Below are positions 36,157 to 47,991 of a stretch of DNA of 64,000 nt, one piece after another. How positions within the stretch are numbered: position 1 is the stretch's first letter; each line of letters begins with the position of its first letter. Origin of the DNA: Amoebophrya sp. A120 (Eukaryota; Protista; Dinoflagellata); assembly GCA_905178155.1 (NCBI GenBank), contig CAJINV010000010.1, positions 1,087,486-1,151,485 of the forward strand. Direction: 5' to 3'. The notes under the pieces were generated by a model. It worked only from the letters and a program-made list of their open reading frames with translations. It had not been told where the DNA came from and searched no databases. A program made the position numbers and the translations under genes.

Positions 36157-38889
36157 ATGGTGTGCATGAACATGCCCTCGTTCGTGTCGTCGACGTTGGC
36201 CGCGGCCGTGTTTCTAGTAGCGGTTAAGAACGGCGCAATCTCTGGGTGCCAAGCGTTGGAACTCCAGCTTGGTATGAATGCTAATATGCGGCGTGGTACT
36301 TCTCGGAGTGGTCGGCATCAACGTGCTGTTCGGGTGCCTCCCAATCCGGATAATTATAGGCAGGCTCCGGCTCTTGCAACCAGCCACCTAGAGGACTTCT
36401 TCGCCCCTATCTCGCTCGAGCTGGAAGTTGCAGGTGGACCACGAGGAGGGGCACAGGAACAAGCCGCGTTTACTAGCGCCGGCGCTGGAGGCAGCAGTAG
36501 TAGCACAAGAACTCCTGCACCTGCTACAGCCGTGACGCCTTCGCAGGATCAACATGTTGAGCCGCCGGCCCTCGACGCTATTCGCCGGCAAGAGGACCCT
36601 CTTGAACCTGTTGGCGCTCGGCTACCTTATTCTGCAGATTTTGCAAACCTCCTCGCCCTATGCAGTGCAGATATGTCTGGGTCTGGAATTATGTTCGAAC
36701 CTGTAACGCTGGTCTTACATCTATTCCTTCCCTGTGAACAATAAATCTGTATATATTGCATGACCAACAAAACTTTCGTGCAGCAATGAGGATGCGACTT
36801 TTAATAAAGTCGCAGCACTCATTGCGTATGATGAGAAAGCGTTCTGGAATAAGTAGTAAAGTTGCCACGCTTGTTTGCTCCTGCGTTCGGAAGTGTGTGG
36901 TCCACACTTTAGCATCTTCACAAGCTTCCAGACCCAGACATATTCGCTTTTGATACGGCGAGGCCCCGCTGATTTCGTCGCAGCACCCGGATCACGAGGT
37001 TTTTGCACTTGATTCTGTTAGTGAGCGCCTAGGGGCGGCCGCCGGGGGGTCTTTGTTGGACCGAGTAGGTCAGGCAAGTGTAGCCGCGGTCGGGCGTGGC
37101 TGGCAGAGGCTTGCCTTTGGGGACCAGATTGAGCGATCGAAACTGATTGACACCTTTGCCAAGAACTTTCTGCGGAGCCTGCTTGCGTACCTTCCCGGAA
37201 CGAGCGAGGGGAGCAAAGGGTTTGGGCGTTATGCCAAGAACTGGCATATGGAAACACCCCCGCTGCGGGTCGCGCCCCATTTGTCGCCGAAAGAGGTGTT
37301 GCTCCGGGTTCCGCTTGGGACCATTATCCAATGCAAATAGGTCTGGGTCTGGAAAATTGCGACATTTCTCATGCTCGTCTGGCACGAGCACGACTCTGAG
37401 TCTGAGCGCAACACAAGGAGCTGCTCCTGTCTGCCATGCAAAAACGCAGTTTCTCATGCTAAACACACAACACAGAGCCAGGAAAAAAACTGTCAGGCGT
37501 GGTTATTTTTCACTGACATGCACCACAAGTTTGTTCCAGACCCAGGCATATTTGCAGAGGATCATAGGCACGTCTACGTACTACGCAGCCGAGCCAACGG
37601 TAGCTTCGGCACCAACCCGAGCCGGGTTTCCGCCGAAATCGAAAGACGAGTTATTGTCGGAGATCGGAAGCCCAGGATTTTTCAAACGACCGGAATTAGA
37701 AGTTTCTGAAGCGGAAGGCGGGGCGCTGGCAACCTCCGTTAAGTTTCGCCTGGAGAGTCGCCGAGAAGTCAGTTACTACCGTGCGGCGTGGCCGGGGGAC
37801 ACCGAAAGTGCTGGGGCCGTACACCTTCTTGACGACGTTGGGCGGGAGGCCAGGCTTAATGTTGGAATCGTTGAGGTTTCGAAGCCGATGTTTGTCGCTG
37901 AGTTTGAATTCGCGCTCGGCAAAGAGGCAAAAGCAGAACTTGTGAGGGCTGACGTCCTCCTGCGGCACGCGCCTGCCGAGCCCTATAACCGCAACAAAAC
38001 CCTCGCCAGGGGCTCCTGTGCGGGTACGCAAATGTGGGGCTCGCGGGTGGTCATCGCTCCTGAGCCGGTCGTCAGGAGGACCCGGTCATCCTCACGAGAA
38101 CCTACAGGACGGCCAGGTTGGCCCGACCGGCAGGACAACCGGTTCTGTACGCCCGTGATGCGTGGGGTGGACGAGGACCATGGGCTGTGATATCCCGCAT
38201 AAATAAAGCGTCCCCGCCCCCGAGCTGTCATGCAGCTAATTTATTTGCAATTTTTACAGGGCCTCTTACCGAGGAAGCGCTCGGTCTTTGTATGTTGAGG
38301 TCGCCGATAAAGTGCTTCCTCGCCCGCCCCCCGGGGAGGGGATCGTCCTTGACCTATGGCGCTGGGTGCGGGTGTCCACTACATGATGACTCGGCTTACA
38401 ATTTGTAAGTACTAAAAATGCGCACGATCCCCAATGGAGGCTCAGTTATTTATAATATATTTTCCAGTCGTGTATTGGGGTTTGTAGTGCTGCAAACAGG
38501 ATATTAGAAAGGACGCGGCTTCCTTGCTGACCTGCACTACTATACAGCGAGAAACTTATCATGCGCGTTGACGCCCAAGACAAAGCTTTTGGATTTGTGT
38601 TGCAGAGATCCACCCAAGGTGGTGCTGGGATGTTTTTCCTCAGGACATGTCGGTATCGGACCGTATCGCAAGGTTTACAGCTCCGACCGGACCTACCGCC
38701 GGCACAGCGGGGAGCGCATCGCCGAGTGAACAGAGCGAGCGCAGCTATCGTATCCAAAATTGCTCCTTTGAGGAAAAGGGATCGGTCTGGGGGCGCAGGG
38801 TGGACGGGACGTCGTCGAGCATGATTACTGGTCCGCCGCATCATGGTTTGTGGACTCAGGAAGGCCATGATCTGAGGACCCGGAGGTGA
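36157..38889 (+). CDS. Hypothetical secreted protein with 3 introners
   Basis: Signal-peptide-like STLAAAVFLVAV; exons 36157-36658,36961-37324,37566-~38188,~38651-38889 join in frame; 3' end uncertain (alternative stop at 38190). Confidence 0.6.
36659..36955. mobile_element. Introner family A
   Basis: DR CGCCC/CGGCG. Confidence 0.82.
37325..37560. mobile_element. Introner family A lacking terminal ATA at right end
   Basis: DR ACCAT/ATCAT; frame restored. Confidence 0.75.
38191..38647. mobile_element. Degenerate introner family C with nested retroposon-like fragment
   Basis: TATCCCGCAT..AGCGTCCCC...GGGATGTTTTTCCTCAGGACA; DR TGTGA/TGTCG. Confidence 0.7.
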
Positions 38890-38935
38890 TTCGAACACCG
38901 GCATATTATTATGAACAAGCACGAGCTCGAGCCCG

Positions 38936-39224
38936 TATCCTGAGGAAAAACGTCCCCACGCCAGAGTTGTCATCCAAAAAAATCTGCAAGCCTAAAAACG
39001 TTTCATCTCATCATGGGCAGCCCCATGAGCAGCCTCTTCTAATGCCATCTGGGAGTTTGTCATGCTCTACTAATGAGCAGGATAAGGACCTCCACAGATG
39101 TGGCTTCACTAGCCGAAGACCACTACACTAAAGTAGCCAAGAACATGGCGCTCGCCCTTGTCGATTTGTGTTGCAAGCAGGTCCCGATGTTGACTCTGGC
39201 GTGGAGACGCTTTTGCACAGGATA
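38936..39224. mobile_element. Introner family C, outside the confident CDS
   Basis: Family C TIRs; DR GCCCG/GCAAG (degenerate). Confidence 0.75.
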
Positions 39225-40933
39225 GCAAGAAGATCGGAGGTTCGACGGATCAACTGCCGGTCGCTTGTTTTGAGCCGCGCAGAAGTTTTTCATCAGTAAT
39301 ATCCGGCACGGAGTCGAGGTGCCGACTATTTATTTCTCGAAACTACATCGATAAAAAAACCGTTCTGCCTGGTGCTCTAGAAGTACTATGAAGTACCTGC
39401 TACGTACTCACTCGTATGTAGAAGTAAAAACTAAAACCGGCAAGTGGTGGACCTAGAAGTGCTGTTAGTGTAGTAGATATGGCGATAATTGCGGGGATCA
39501 TCGTCCTTCCAAAACATCCAGAATTACTTTCTTATCTTGTTTTTAGCGAAGGTTCGAAGGGCCCTGTACCGATGATTTACTCGCAAACAGAAGTGCCGCG
39601 GGTTTAAATAGAACGCAGAAACCCGGAGCATAATTTCGTACTTCTACATAGATCTTTATTGACTGCTTTTGTTTGTCTACAGGTCGACAGGGGTCGAAGT
39701 CGAATAATTTGAACATACTTGCTACACGCTTTTTATTTTACTAGAAGCTGACGCAAATTTTGTGTATGTTCGAACCTTTCGTGTGTTTAGTTTAGCATCG
39801 GTCCGTGCGTAGCAATGCAAGCTAGCAAGCATCTGTGCATCTGAACGCCATAGATCTTTATTGATTTTTTTACGGTTTTATTTCTACAAAAAAACTAGAA
39901 AAGCATGTGTATGATGCCCCCACACCTTACTAGTACTAATAAAGTACTTTCCCTTGTTGAAATGTGTAAGATTGATGAGATGAGCTTGATGATGAGTATT
40001 CCTCAGAAATAAAAGGCGTATGAGTTGTTGAACATCAAGTGGTCCTCTCGGAAATAGAAATAGTGCCTGAGAACTCAACCTGTGGTAAAAAGCCGCATAA
40101 AAAGAACTCAAAAACTTTCCCAAAGCGTCGAGTCAGGGAGGAACGGAGGAAGAAGAACCTCAGCTGGTATTTTTAAACAAAGCAGAGCTCCACCTCATGC
40201 CCGGAGCGTCTCGCTAAGGTCTTCGCTTACGTGGCACACGTGCCGCCAGATGACTCCAGCACCGACGAAGAGCTGTGACCCCCCCACGGGGGCTCCCGCC
40301 CAAGGGCAGCGCGGAAGTTTTTGTATGGCGACGCACCTGGAAGGCACGCATCAGCATCTGCTAGAGGGCACGATGCGTGATGTGTAGCGCAGTCAGCTCG
40401 CAGCTGAAGCTGCTTCACATCTAAAGACCGTGGCGTAATCGATCGAAATAATGACGCTTGTAGCGTGAACCGCATTGATGCAGCCATCTAGGACAAGGAA
40501 TAGAGATTGCCGGAGCGCACACAGACGCCCGCCCCCCTAGGGGAAGCATAGGCCCCTCCTGGCTTCGATGTTCACTTTTTGAGATGATGACCGATCCCAA
40601 GGTCTCGTAAGACCAGACAAGTTCACAGAGAGTCGCTACACCCTCTTGCCCGTCCGTACAAATCGTTTGAGTGGATCGCTTTCCCGGTGTCACGATCAAA
40701 AATCGAGCGTCACGCACCCCAGACGGGGCAGAGTGAATCGCGTATGCATGTGCGCAGTGATGTGCAGTGATATGGACGAAGAAGATCAAGATCAGGTGGA
40801 CGGAGATCAACTATGAATCCTTGACAGAACCGCAGGGAACATCAAAGATGGACAAAAGCACGATGAATAGTCTAAAACTAAAAAGACGTGTGCGATACCG
40901 CCCGAAATTGGAGTTTCGCTGGTGTTCCTCGCG

Positions 40934-42257
40934 AGGACAGTGACTTTGTCTCGTCGAAGATCGATTTGCAGAGTCACATTTTCGAAATTATAGAGACACC
41001 AGCCAAGCGAGACAAACTTTCGGAACGCTTTCTGACGGATGCTTGGTGCGCATATTAGTTAACATCACACTCCGTGATGTTTGCATGGTCGACGGATCAT
41101 GTGGTCAGCCTCCAGTTGTACTTCTCTGTCGATCAAGCAAAAGGCACAGCTTCAGCAGGAGCGAGTTGGCCAGACCATGACCACCGGAGATCAGACCACG
41201 TCGTGTAGTTTAGCCCCAGTACGACAGCACGTTGGTGCGAACAAGGCCGGAGGGGAGGAGGAGGAAACTACATGCAACCGCACGACCAATGCACCAGGAC
41301 GAGGGTTTAATATTCAACAAGAACACCAGCCGGCATTATTTCAGTTGTCCGACTTCTACCTAGTACTGGAGCGAGATGATGAACAAGGAAACGACGGTAC
41401 AGTAGAGAATTATCAGCTTCAAAATCAAAGCCAGGACAATTCTATTAATTTTTGCCGTCGGAGCAGCTCCTCGTCCTGTAGGCCGTGGCCGTTATTAAAC
41501 GAGGCAAAGCTCGCGGAATTTTTTTTCGTGGACATTCTGAATAGGACAAAACCCTATCACCTGTTTTACGGCGGACCGTTCAGCAACTGGCACCGGCAGC
41601 AAGGCGTTTTCTACGTGGAGAAGCAGGCTTACAATTGCGGAGAGCAGTACCTGATGGCGGAGAAGGCGAAACTATTTCAAGATTTCGGCACGCGGAAGAA
41701 AATCCTGCAAGCGGCGCATCCAAAGGAGCAGAAACAGCTGGGGCGCAAGGTGAGGAATTTTGACGAGGCTGTGTGGACCAAGCACCGCCTGGGCATTTTG
41801 TTGGCAGGGTTGAGGCAAAAATTCTCCCCCGCACAGAACCCGGAGATGAGCAACTACTTGCTGCAGACCAAGAAGAAACTGTTGGTAGAAGCCAGCCCGG
41901 TGGACACGATCTGGGGCGTGGGACTGAGCGAGCACGACGACAGCGCGCTGGACAAAAACGCCTGGTTGGGAAAAAATCTGCTGGGCCTGGCATTGATGAT
42001 TGTACGCGAAGAACTTAATACAACAACTTTGACGCTACAGTAGTATGTATTCGCGGATGAACATGAAGCAGAAGTTGGGCCGGAAAAATCAAGAACACAG
42101 GAGGTTCGTCGGTCAGGATGCGCATAAGTAATGTAGGTAGGCATGTTGCAGCACCTGCTCCGGCTGCTTTGTTGATAGATACCGACAAAAATCCGTTGTT
42201 CCACATTTGATACTCGCCAGGACAGTGACTTTGTCTCGTCGAAGATCGATTTGCAGA
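40934..42257. repeat. 39-bp perfect direct repeat flanking the NADAR gene
   Basis: AGGACAGTGACTTTGTCTCGTCGAAGATCGATTTGCAGA at 40934-40972 and 42219-42257. Confidence 0.9.
41177..42043 (+). CDS. NADAR (YbiA-like N-glycosidase) domain protein, intronless
   Basis: FYGGPFSNW, EQYLMAEKAKLFQD, PKEQKQLGRKVRNFD, QKF..QNP, LVEASPVDTIWGVG, GKNLLGLALMIVREEL; first ATG at 41177. Confidence 0.92.
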   Translation: MTTGDQTTSCSLAPVRQHVGANKAGGEEEETTCNRTTNAPGRGFNIQQEHQPALFQLSDFYLVLERDDEQGNDGTVENYQLQNQSQDNSINFCRRSSSSSCRPWPLLNEAKLAEFFFVDILNRTKPYHLFYGGPFSNWHRQQGVFYVEKQAYNCGEQYLMAEKAKLFQDFGTRKKILQAAHPKEQKQLGRKVRNFDEAVWTKHRLGILLAGLRQKFSPAQNPEMSNYLLQTKKKLLVEASPVDTIWGVGLSEHDDSALDKNAWLGKNLLGLALMIVREELNTTTLTLQ

Positions 42258-42857
42258 CTATGATAAAATGCAAGCTGTCTTCTCGTTCTCGAAGTTCTAG
42301 CACGCTGACGATCTTCACATTCACGATGGCACGGTACTTCGCGTTGGCGTAACTGCTGGTGTCGTAAAGAAGCTTTGCTTTTTATTCTTTGAACAAGTTC
42401 TCTTTCTTTTCTTTGGCAAAGGCAGAAATACCACACTGCAATTATGAATTTCGCTGTGTGAGGACGAGGATGGCAACATGTGATGTTCTTGTTTATTGGG
42501 TGAGGACGCGGATGCCGTTTCATCTTGATGCGTGTTTATTTGGTATTAGGTAGCTTCTTGCTCAAAAAACAGGTCGAGAACAAGAAGACGGAAGATTGGT
42601 GACAGCGGTGACCGAATACGCCCCCGTATAATCATTTTTTTGCGACCGTAGTATAAATAGCTATCGTTTATTCTTGGTGCTAAAGCAGTCTTCATTTTGT
42701 TCGAACGAGCTCATCTATCTTAAGCTCAACAAAAAGAAGAGAAGACACCGAGACAAGTCGTGTTGTGGTCCTGCAACACCAACAGGGAGACTTGTTTTGT
42801 TCCAGAAGATCATTCTGAGATCTGAGTAAAATAAGCATCACGATTAGTACATGGAAA

Positions 42858-43799
42858 ATGAGTGCTGGCAAGAGCTCCAACTCGGCCCAACATCCGGAAG
42901 ATGAAAGAAATGCCTCTATCCTGTGTAAAAACGTCCCCACCCCAGAGTTGTCATGCAAATCTGCATGCTCAAAAGAAAATGTTTGTTATGCGGGGGCTGT
43001 CGCGCTCTGTATTTTAGGCAGTTCGCGCTCTGTATGTTATCGTTCTGTATGTTGGGCTGTCGCGCTCGGCTAGCTGGCCGGGCTGTACTGATCAGGTGTG
43101 GTGGGTAGCTCCCGACTGGTTGGCACCTTTATTGGGGCGACTTGCTGTGGTAGCGCTCGGCTTTTGTATGTTGAGGTCGCCGAAAGTGCTTCCTTGCCCA
43201 CCCCCCGGGGAGGGGATCCTTGACCTGTGGCGCTGGGTGCGGGTGTCCACTACATGATGATGATGATGATGCGGAGACACATGAAAAGCCTTTTCTTGCG
43301 CGCTTTGGAATTTGTAATGCGCCAATCAGCATAATACACTAGATCTGTGATGCTGCTGAACTACCTCAAACAGCACTACACTGCGATTCCAAATTTGTCA
43401 TGCAAAACAGCCAAAACTCGCGGAGTTGTCTAGCGCATTCCCCATCTTGACTCTGGTATGGGGACGTTTTTGCTCAGGATAGCCTCTAGTACAACAACAT
43501 CAACTGTGCACCCGGGGGCAACAACTACAGCACAACATCAACAAGATCTCCTTCTCCAGTCTCAGCTCGACGCGAAGGACCGGCAGCTCCGAGCAGCGCA
43601 GGGTGTGAATGATTTTCTTCGTAACCAAGTGGCGCGTTTCTTTGCCCAGCACGAGGAGGCAAAATTGCTCCTTCGAGGAATGGGGAGCGGCTCGCACCGG
43701 AATGAATTTTTTGGAAGAGCGCACGCGTTTGTGGACGGAGGACGGCTATACTCTCCAGCACGGGTGGAGGCCAGTATGATGAACAAGCACGAGTCTTGA
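42858..43799 (+). CDS. Short coiled-coil hypothetical protein, paralog A (possibly truncated or pseudogenised)
   Basis: Exons 42858-42916,43487-43799: MSAGKSS...QSQLDAKDRQLRAAQGVNDFLRNQVARFFAQHEEAK; homologous to 45315-46698. Confidence 0.55.
42917..43481. mobile_element. Introner family C with nested retroposon-like insertion (42994-43268)
   Basis: DR GCCTC/GCCTC; nested piece ends in (TGA)n and is flanked by ATGCGG repeats. Confidence 0.85.
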
Positions 43800-43803
43800 T
43801 GCG

Positions 43804-44125
43804 TATCCCGAGCAAATAAAGGTGATGCCCACACCCCAGACCCAGAGTTGTCATCTTCCAAATCATCTTCATCTGCAAGCGGAAATAAAGGTTTCCTGAA
43901 ACGATTTTGGCATGCTTTAATCGTAATCAGGATGTAGCACCTAGATTTTTTGATGTGATGTGGCTTGTTCAGACTTGGTCCAAACACCACTACTACATCA
44001 GAGACTCAGCTTTGATGATGTCTTGGTGCCCGGCACCAGCCAATCCTTGTGGATTTGTGATGCAAAGTGCAGCCCATCGTAACTCTGATGGTGATGTGGA
44101 GACGTTTTTGGTACACATGAGGATA
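43804..44125. mobile_element. Degenerate introner family C
   Basis: TATCCCGAG...GACGTTTTTGGTACACATGAGGATA; at the homologous site to 38936-39224; DR not preserved. Confidence 0.65.
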
Positions 44126-45314
44126 CTTGAACAAGATGTGAGTCCTCGCGGGACTCGCAACTGCGGGTCGCGTGACTCGCAAGTAAGGTTTGCTCTTCAT
44201 GAGGATCTAGAACGGGGTCGAGGCACCGACTAACTGCACCTATAGCTATACATATTGATAAAAAAGCCGCGCGGCCTACCTGTGCTCTAGAAGTACCTGC
44301 TACATACGCACTCGTATGTGGTAAGGAATAAGACAAGTAATTCATGGCAGGACTTAGAAGTGTAGCAGAAGCTGAAGCAGTTCGCGATTGTGGGGAGCAT
44401 CTTTGGCCTTCGAGAATATGGACGAATGAGAATTACTCCTTTATCTTGTTAGCGAAGGGCCGAAGGCCGCCATTCTAGCGATTTGCTTGCTGATACATTC
44501 AACAAGAGAAGAAACATCGTCCGCCGGTTGCCAAGAATTTTGTTTTATCTGCCTGTAAAATGCAACTTCAAAACATTGAGAAACATTCCCGGATCATGTT
44601 GGTAGAATCACTTGTTCTTGTGTAAGATTCACCTGTAAAGGATGTAAAATGCAACTTTAAAACAGTGAGAAACATTCCCGGATCATGTAAAAAACGTTCA
44701 GATGAAACATAAGAATAGCAAGTACTTAACTTGTTACGGCCATATCGTCGTTTTTCTTGCGTCAAGTGTTCCTTGTTCTTTAGGACGAGTCATCTACACG
44801 ACAGATGAAAGCCCGTAGTTGTACAACGGATACCGTATGAAGATGTTTCTCGTGATGTGCGCCGAAGTAGAATTTGAATGTCTTGATGCATGTTTGCGTT
44901 CTTTACGTAATTACGCAGGTGGCTTGAAAAATGCCGAACCGAGAAGACCGAACATTGCTGACGTCGTGGCTTTGCGTCGCATTTTTGCGAGCCTAGTCAG
45001 TACCTAGTACTGGCAGCGTTTTCCACAAAGCAATTTATTTTTGCCTACGAATATGGATATGCACACTAGGACTAGCTCATCCTGACAAGACCGTAAGACT
45101 CGCACTTCTCTAGCGCCACAGCTACTTACAAAAGTTTTTCTTCTGGGCGCAACATCGAACTATTTCTTCGACGCTCGCAAACGGTTCATGTCCAGCATAC
45201 TTATTAGAAAGTACTTACTTTGTTTTTTTCCGCGACAGAACCGCATTTTTCCATGATACGTAAGTACAGTATTTTCAAATAAGTCCTAAAAAGCAAAAAC
45301 AACACGAATACAAA

Positions 45315-46698
45315 ATGACGAGTGCTGGCATTTTTAACAGCTCCGACGTCCATGATCCACCTGATGAAAATGCCCTCACGACAAGTGTGTCTGGGTCATC
45401 AACTACTACATCGCAACATCACCAAGATCAAGATCATGCTCTCCAGTACCAGTCTCAACTCGAGTTGAAGGACCGGCAGCTTCGAGCGGCGGAGGGTGTG
45501 ATATGACAGTGCACCACTCCCGCTCCCCCTCATTTCTTGTCATGCAAAATACAACCCAGTCCACCCATTGCCTCTTGGCACTGGTTGCATGGCAAGATCT
45601 GGTAGCCGAAATAGTATCACACTCCAGTGCATCAACTGGAAATATGTCATGCAAAGCCGCGCACTCTTGCTGAGTTGTAAGACACAAATGAGGGGGAGGG
45701 GCGGGAGTTGTGCACTGTCATATGCGAACGATTTTCTTCAAAACCAGGTGGCGCGTTTCTTTGCCCAGCACGAGGAGGCAAAGAGGGAGTACGACGCTTT
45801 TTTCGACACACAGAAAAAACAACAAGAAGTATATGAGGTGGAACTACAGCAACGTCTTCACGTGCTAGTAAACAGCGCACCAGGTGGTCCTCGACGTGCT
45901 GGCTGTCGTCTGGAAGAACAAAATGGAAGAGCCTCGTCAGCAGGAGCAATTACGACATCCGCGTCTTCATCATGGCCCACATCCGGAGGTTCTTCGAGTT
46001 GTAATAACGCTGTGAAGATGAACAATGACACGGGCGAGCAAAACATTTTTCAACATCCCCAGCACCTACTTCTCGCGGCCTCTCCCTCGGGCTCCACTAC
46101 GGCTGCGGCCCCGACACCGTCTCCACTACAGCAGGTTTCGGTAAGGAGAAACACGGGGGAACTGCGACAGGTTGAAAATATTCTTGAACCCGTCGGGCTC
46201 AACATGCGGCCACAGCTGGCAAGAACCTCTTGTGTTGGAGCGAGGAGAGGGCACTTGTGTGAGAACGATGAAGCGTTGAGAGTTGATTCTTCGATAGGAA
46301 CCAACACTACAAGAGCCACGACCTCAACAGCGCGGACCGCAGCCAGCTGTAACTCAGAAGAACAACTTCTAGGTGTGCCTGCAGCTTCATCCCAGCAGGT
46401 CGTGGTCACAAGAATTTCAGCACGAGCAGAACAAACGACAGGACCGAACAACACAGCAACTCTTAAAACAAGCCTGAAGCGGCCACGGGAAGTAGAAGAG
46501 GAAGATGATGTTGTTGCAGCGGCACCATTAATATTGGGCACTAGTTCATCGGCCGAAACAAAATCTTGGGACGAACCACCACAACAACAATTGTTGGGAG
46601 GAAAAGGAAAAAGCGAGTTGAGCTTGAAAAACACCACGAGGACTGCAGACGAAGTGAACAAGGATGCTTTGAAAAAATTTAAGCGGTATGCATCGTGA
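45315..46698 (+). CDS. Coiled-coil hypothetical protein with disordered tail, paralog B
   Basis: Exons 45315-45501,45728-46698: QSQLELKDRQLRAAEGV|NDFLQNQVARFFAQHEEAKREY...; basic patches LKRPRE and KKFKR. Confidence 0.72.
45502..45722. mobile_element. Introner family F
   Basis: DR TGTGA/TGCGA; empty site in paralog A. Confidence 0.92.
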
Positions 46699-47051
46699 AG
46701 ATGAAAGTAACAGTATGTCGATTGTAAGTATTATCAAAGTTTTATTTTCCGCCGCACGAGCTGCACGACAGGGACAGTACGAGTTGCATTCACAAAACAG
46801 TTATACGTAAAACGAGTGAAATGAAAATGAAAGTACAAGTAGCTTCTTGCGTATAAAAATGCTCCGTTTATTTTGCTGAATGAATGCAGGTTATGATGAA
46901 AAAATAAAGGACCACCGACGCCATCCGAAGACGCGTCGTGGAACAATATTTCATTTGACTCGCAGCTTGTGGGGCGCATGATCCGCATGTAGTCCGATAG
47001 TATTTTTTTTACTTTTTCATCTTTTTCACTGCATAGGCAAACTTTGTACGC

Positions 47052-47225
47052 TATCACACAGAAAAGAGCAGGCAGGTCATATTTGTGAAGCAAAAACAAA
47101 TACACAGAAATATCCGCGCTGCATATCCTACACAGCATGCTATGGGGCCGCGCATGACAAATTTTTCTTTGTATTTATTTTTGCATTACAAACTACATGC
47201 CCTGCTAGCTTGTTTCTCTGGGATA
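47052..47225. mobile_element. Introner family G2
   Basis: TATCACACAGAAAA...TTTCTCTGGGATA; DR TACGC/CACGC. Confidence 0.75.
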
Positions 47226-47585
47226 CACGCTATTCTTGACAGCTGGTCGGTTTGGGACGTGACGGCCTCGTATGAACAGAAAAATCCAGAAAATTCTCGC
47301 TAGCCTGACACATGGATACAGGTACAGCAGGTTCTCATGCAAGTTTTTACAAGAGGAAGAGGGACGATATAACAGATTTGTAGTTGATGCGCCCGCTGGC
47401 GGTGGCGGCACCGTGGTACGATATCGATAATCGCATGTAACGATGGGCGTGACGCAAACGCATGCAACAGGAGGTATAAGGACTGACAGGTCGTGTGATC
47501 AAGACTGACAGGTCGTGTGATCAAGAACGTACATGGAGCAGGCAGATCAAATTTTCGAGATGATATTTCGCAAATGTTTGAGCAT

Positions 47586-47991
47586 TATCAAATGCAAAAG
47601 TGTCTGGGTCTGGAAGATTCTGACACTTGTCATGCACGTTTTGCATGGACCCTGATGTCTGTGATGCGTGCCCTAGCGTCACAGATTTTTTGAGAGCTTC
47701 TTGATGCCTATTCCGCATGACAAATGCCCTCTCCGCGTAGGGCGTGGAGCGGGTGTCCACCTAGGGGTATTGGCAGAGGCTAAATCTGTTCTAACGCCAC
47801 GGTATCGGCAGAGGCTAAATCTGTTCCAACGCCGCCCAGACAGGAGTTAAAGGTCAACACACACACACACACACACACGCGTAGCAAAAATTACATTCCT
47901 TTTGGTACTCATGCAATACACATTTTTCTGGAATCCAAACGCAGCATCACAAGTTGCATTCTTCCAGACCCAGACACTTTTACATTCGATA
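47586..47991. mobile_element. Introner family A with nested 137-bp (CA)n-tailed insertion
   Basis: DR AGCAT/AGCAT; nested 47741-47877 flanked by CGCGTAG repeats. Confidence 0.88.
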
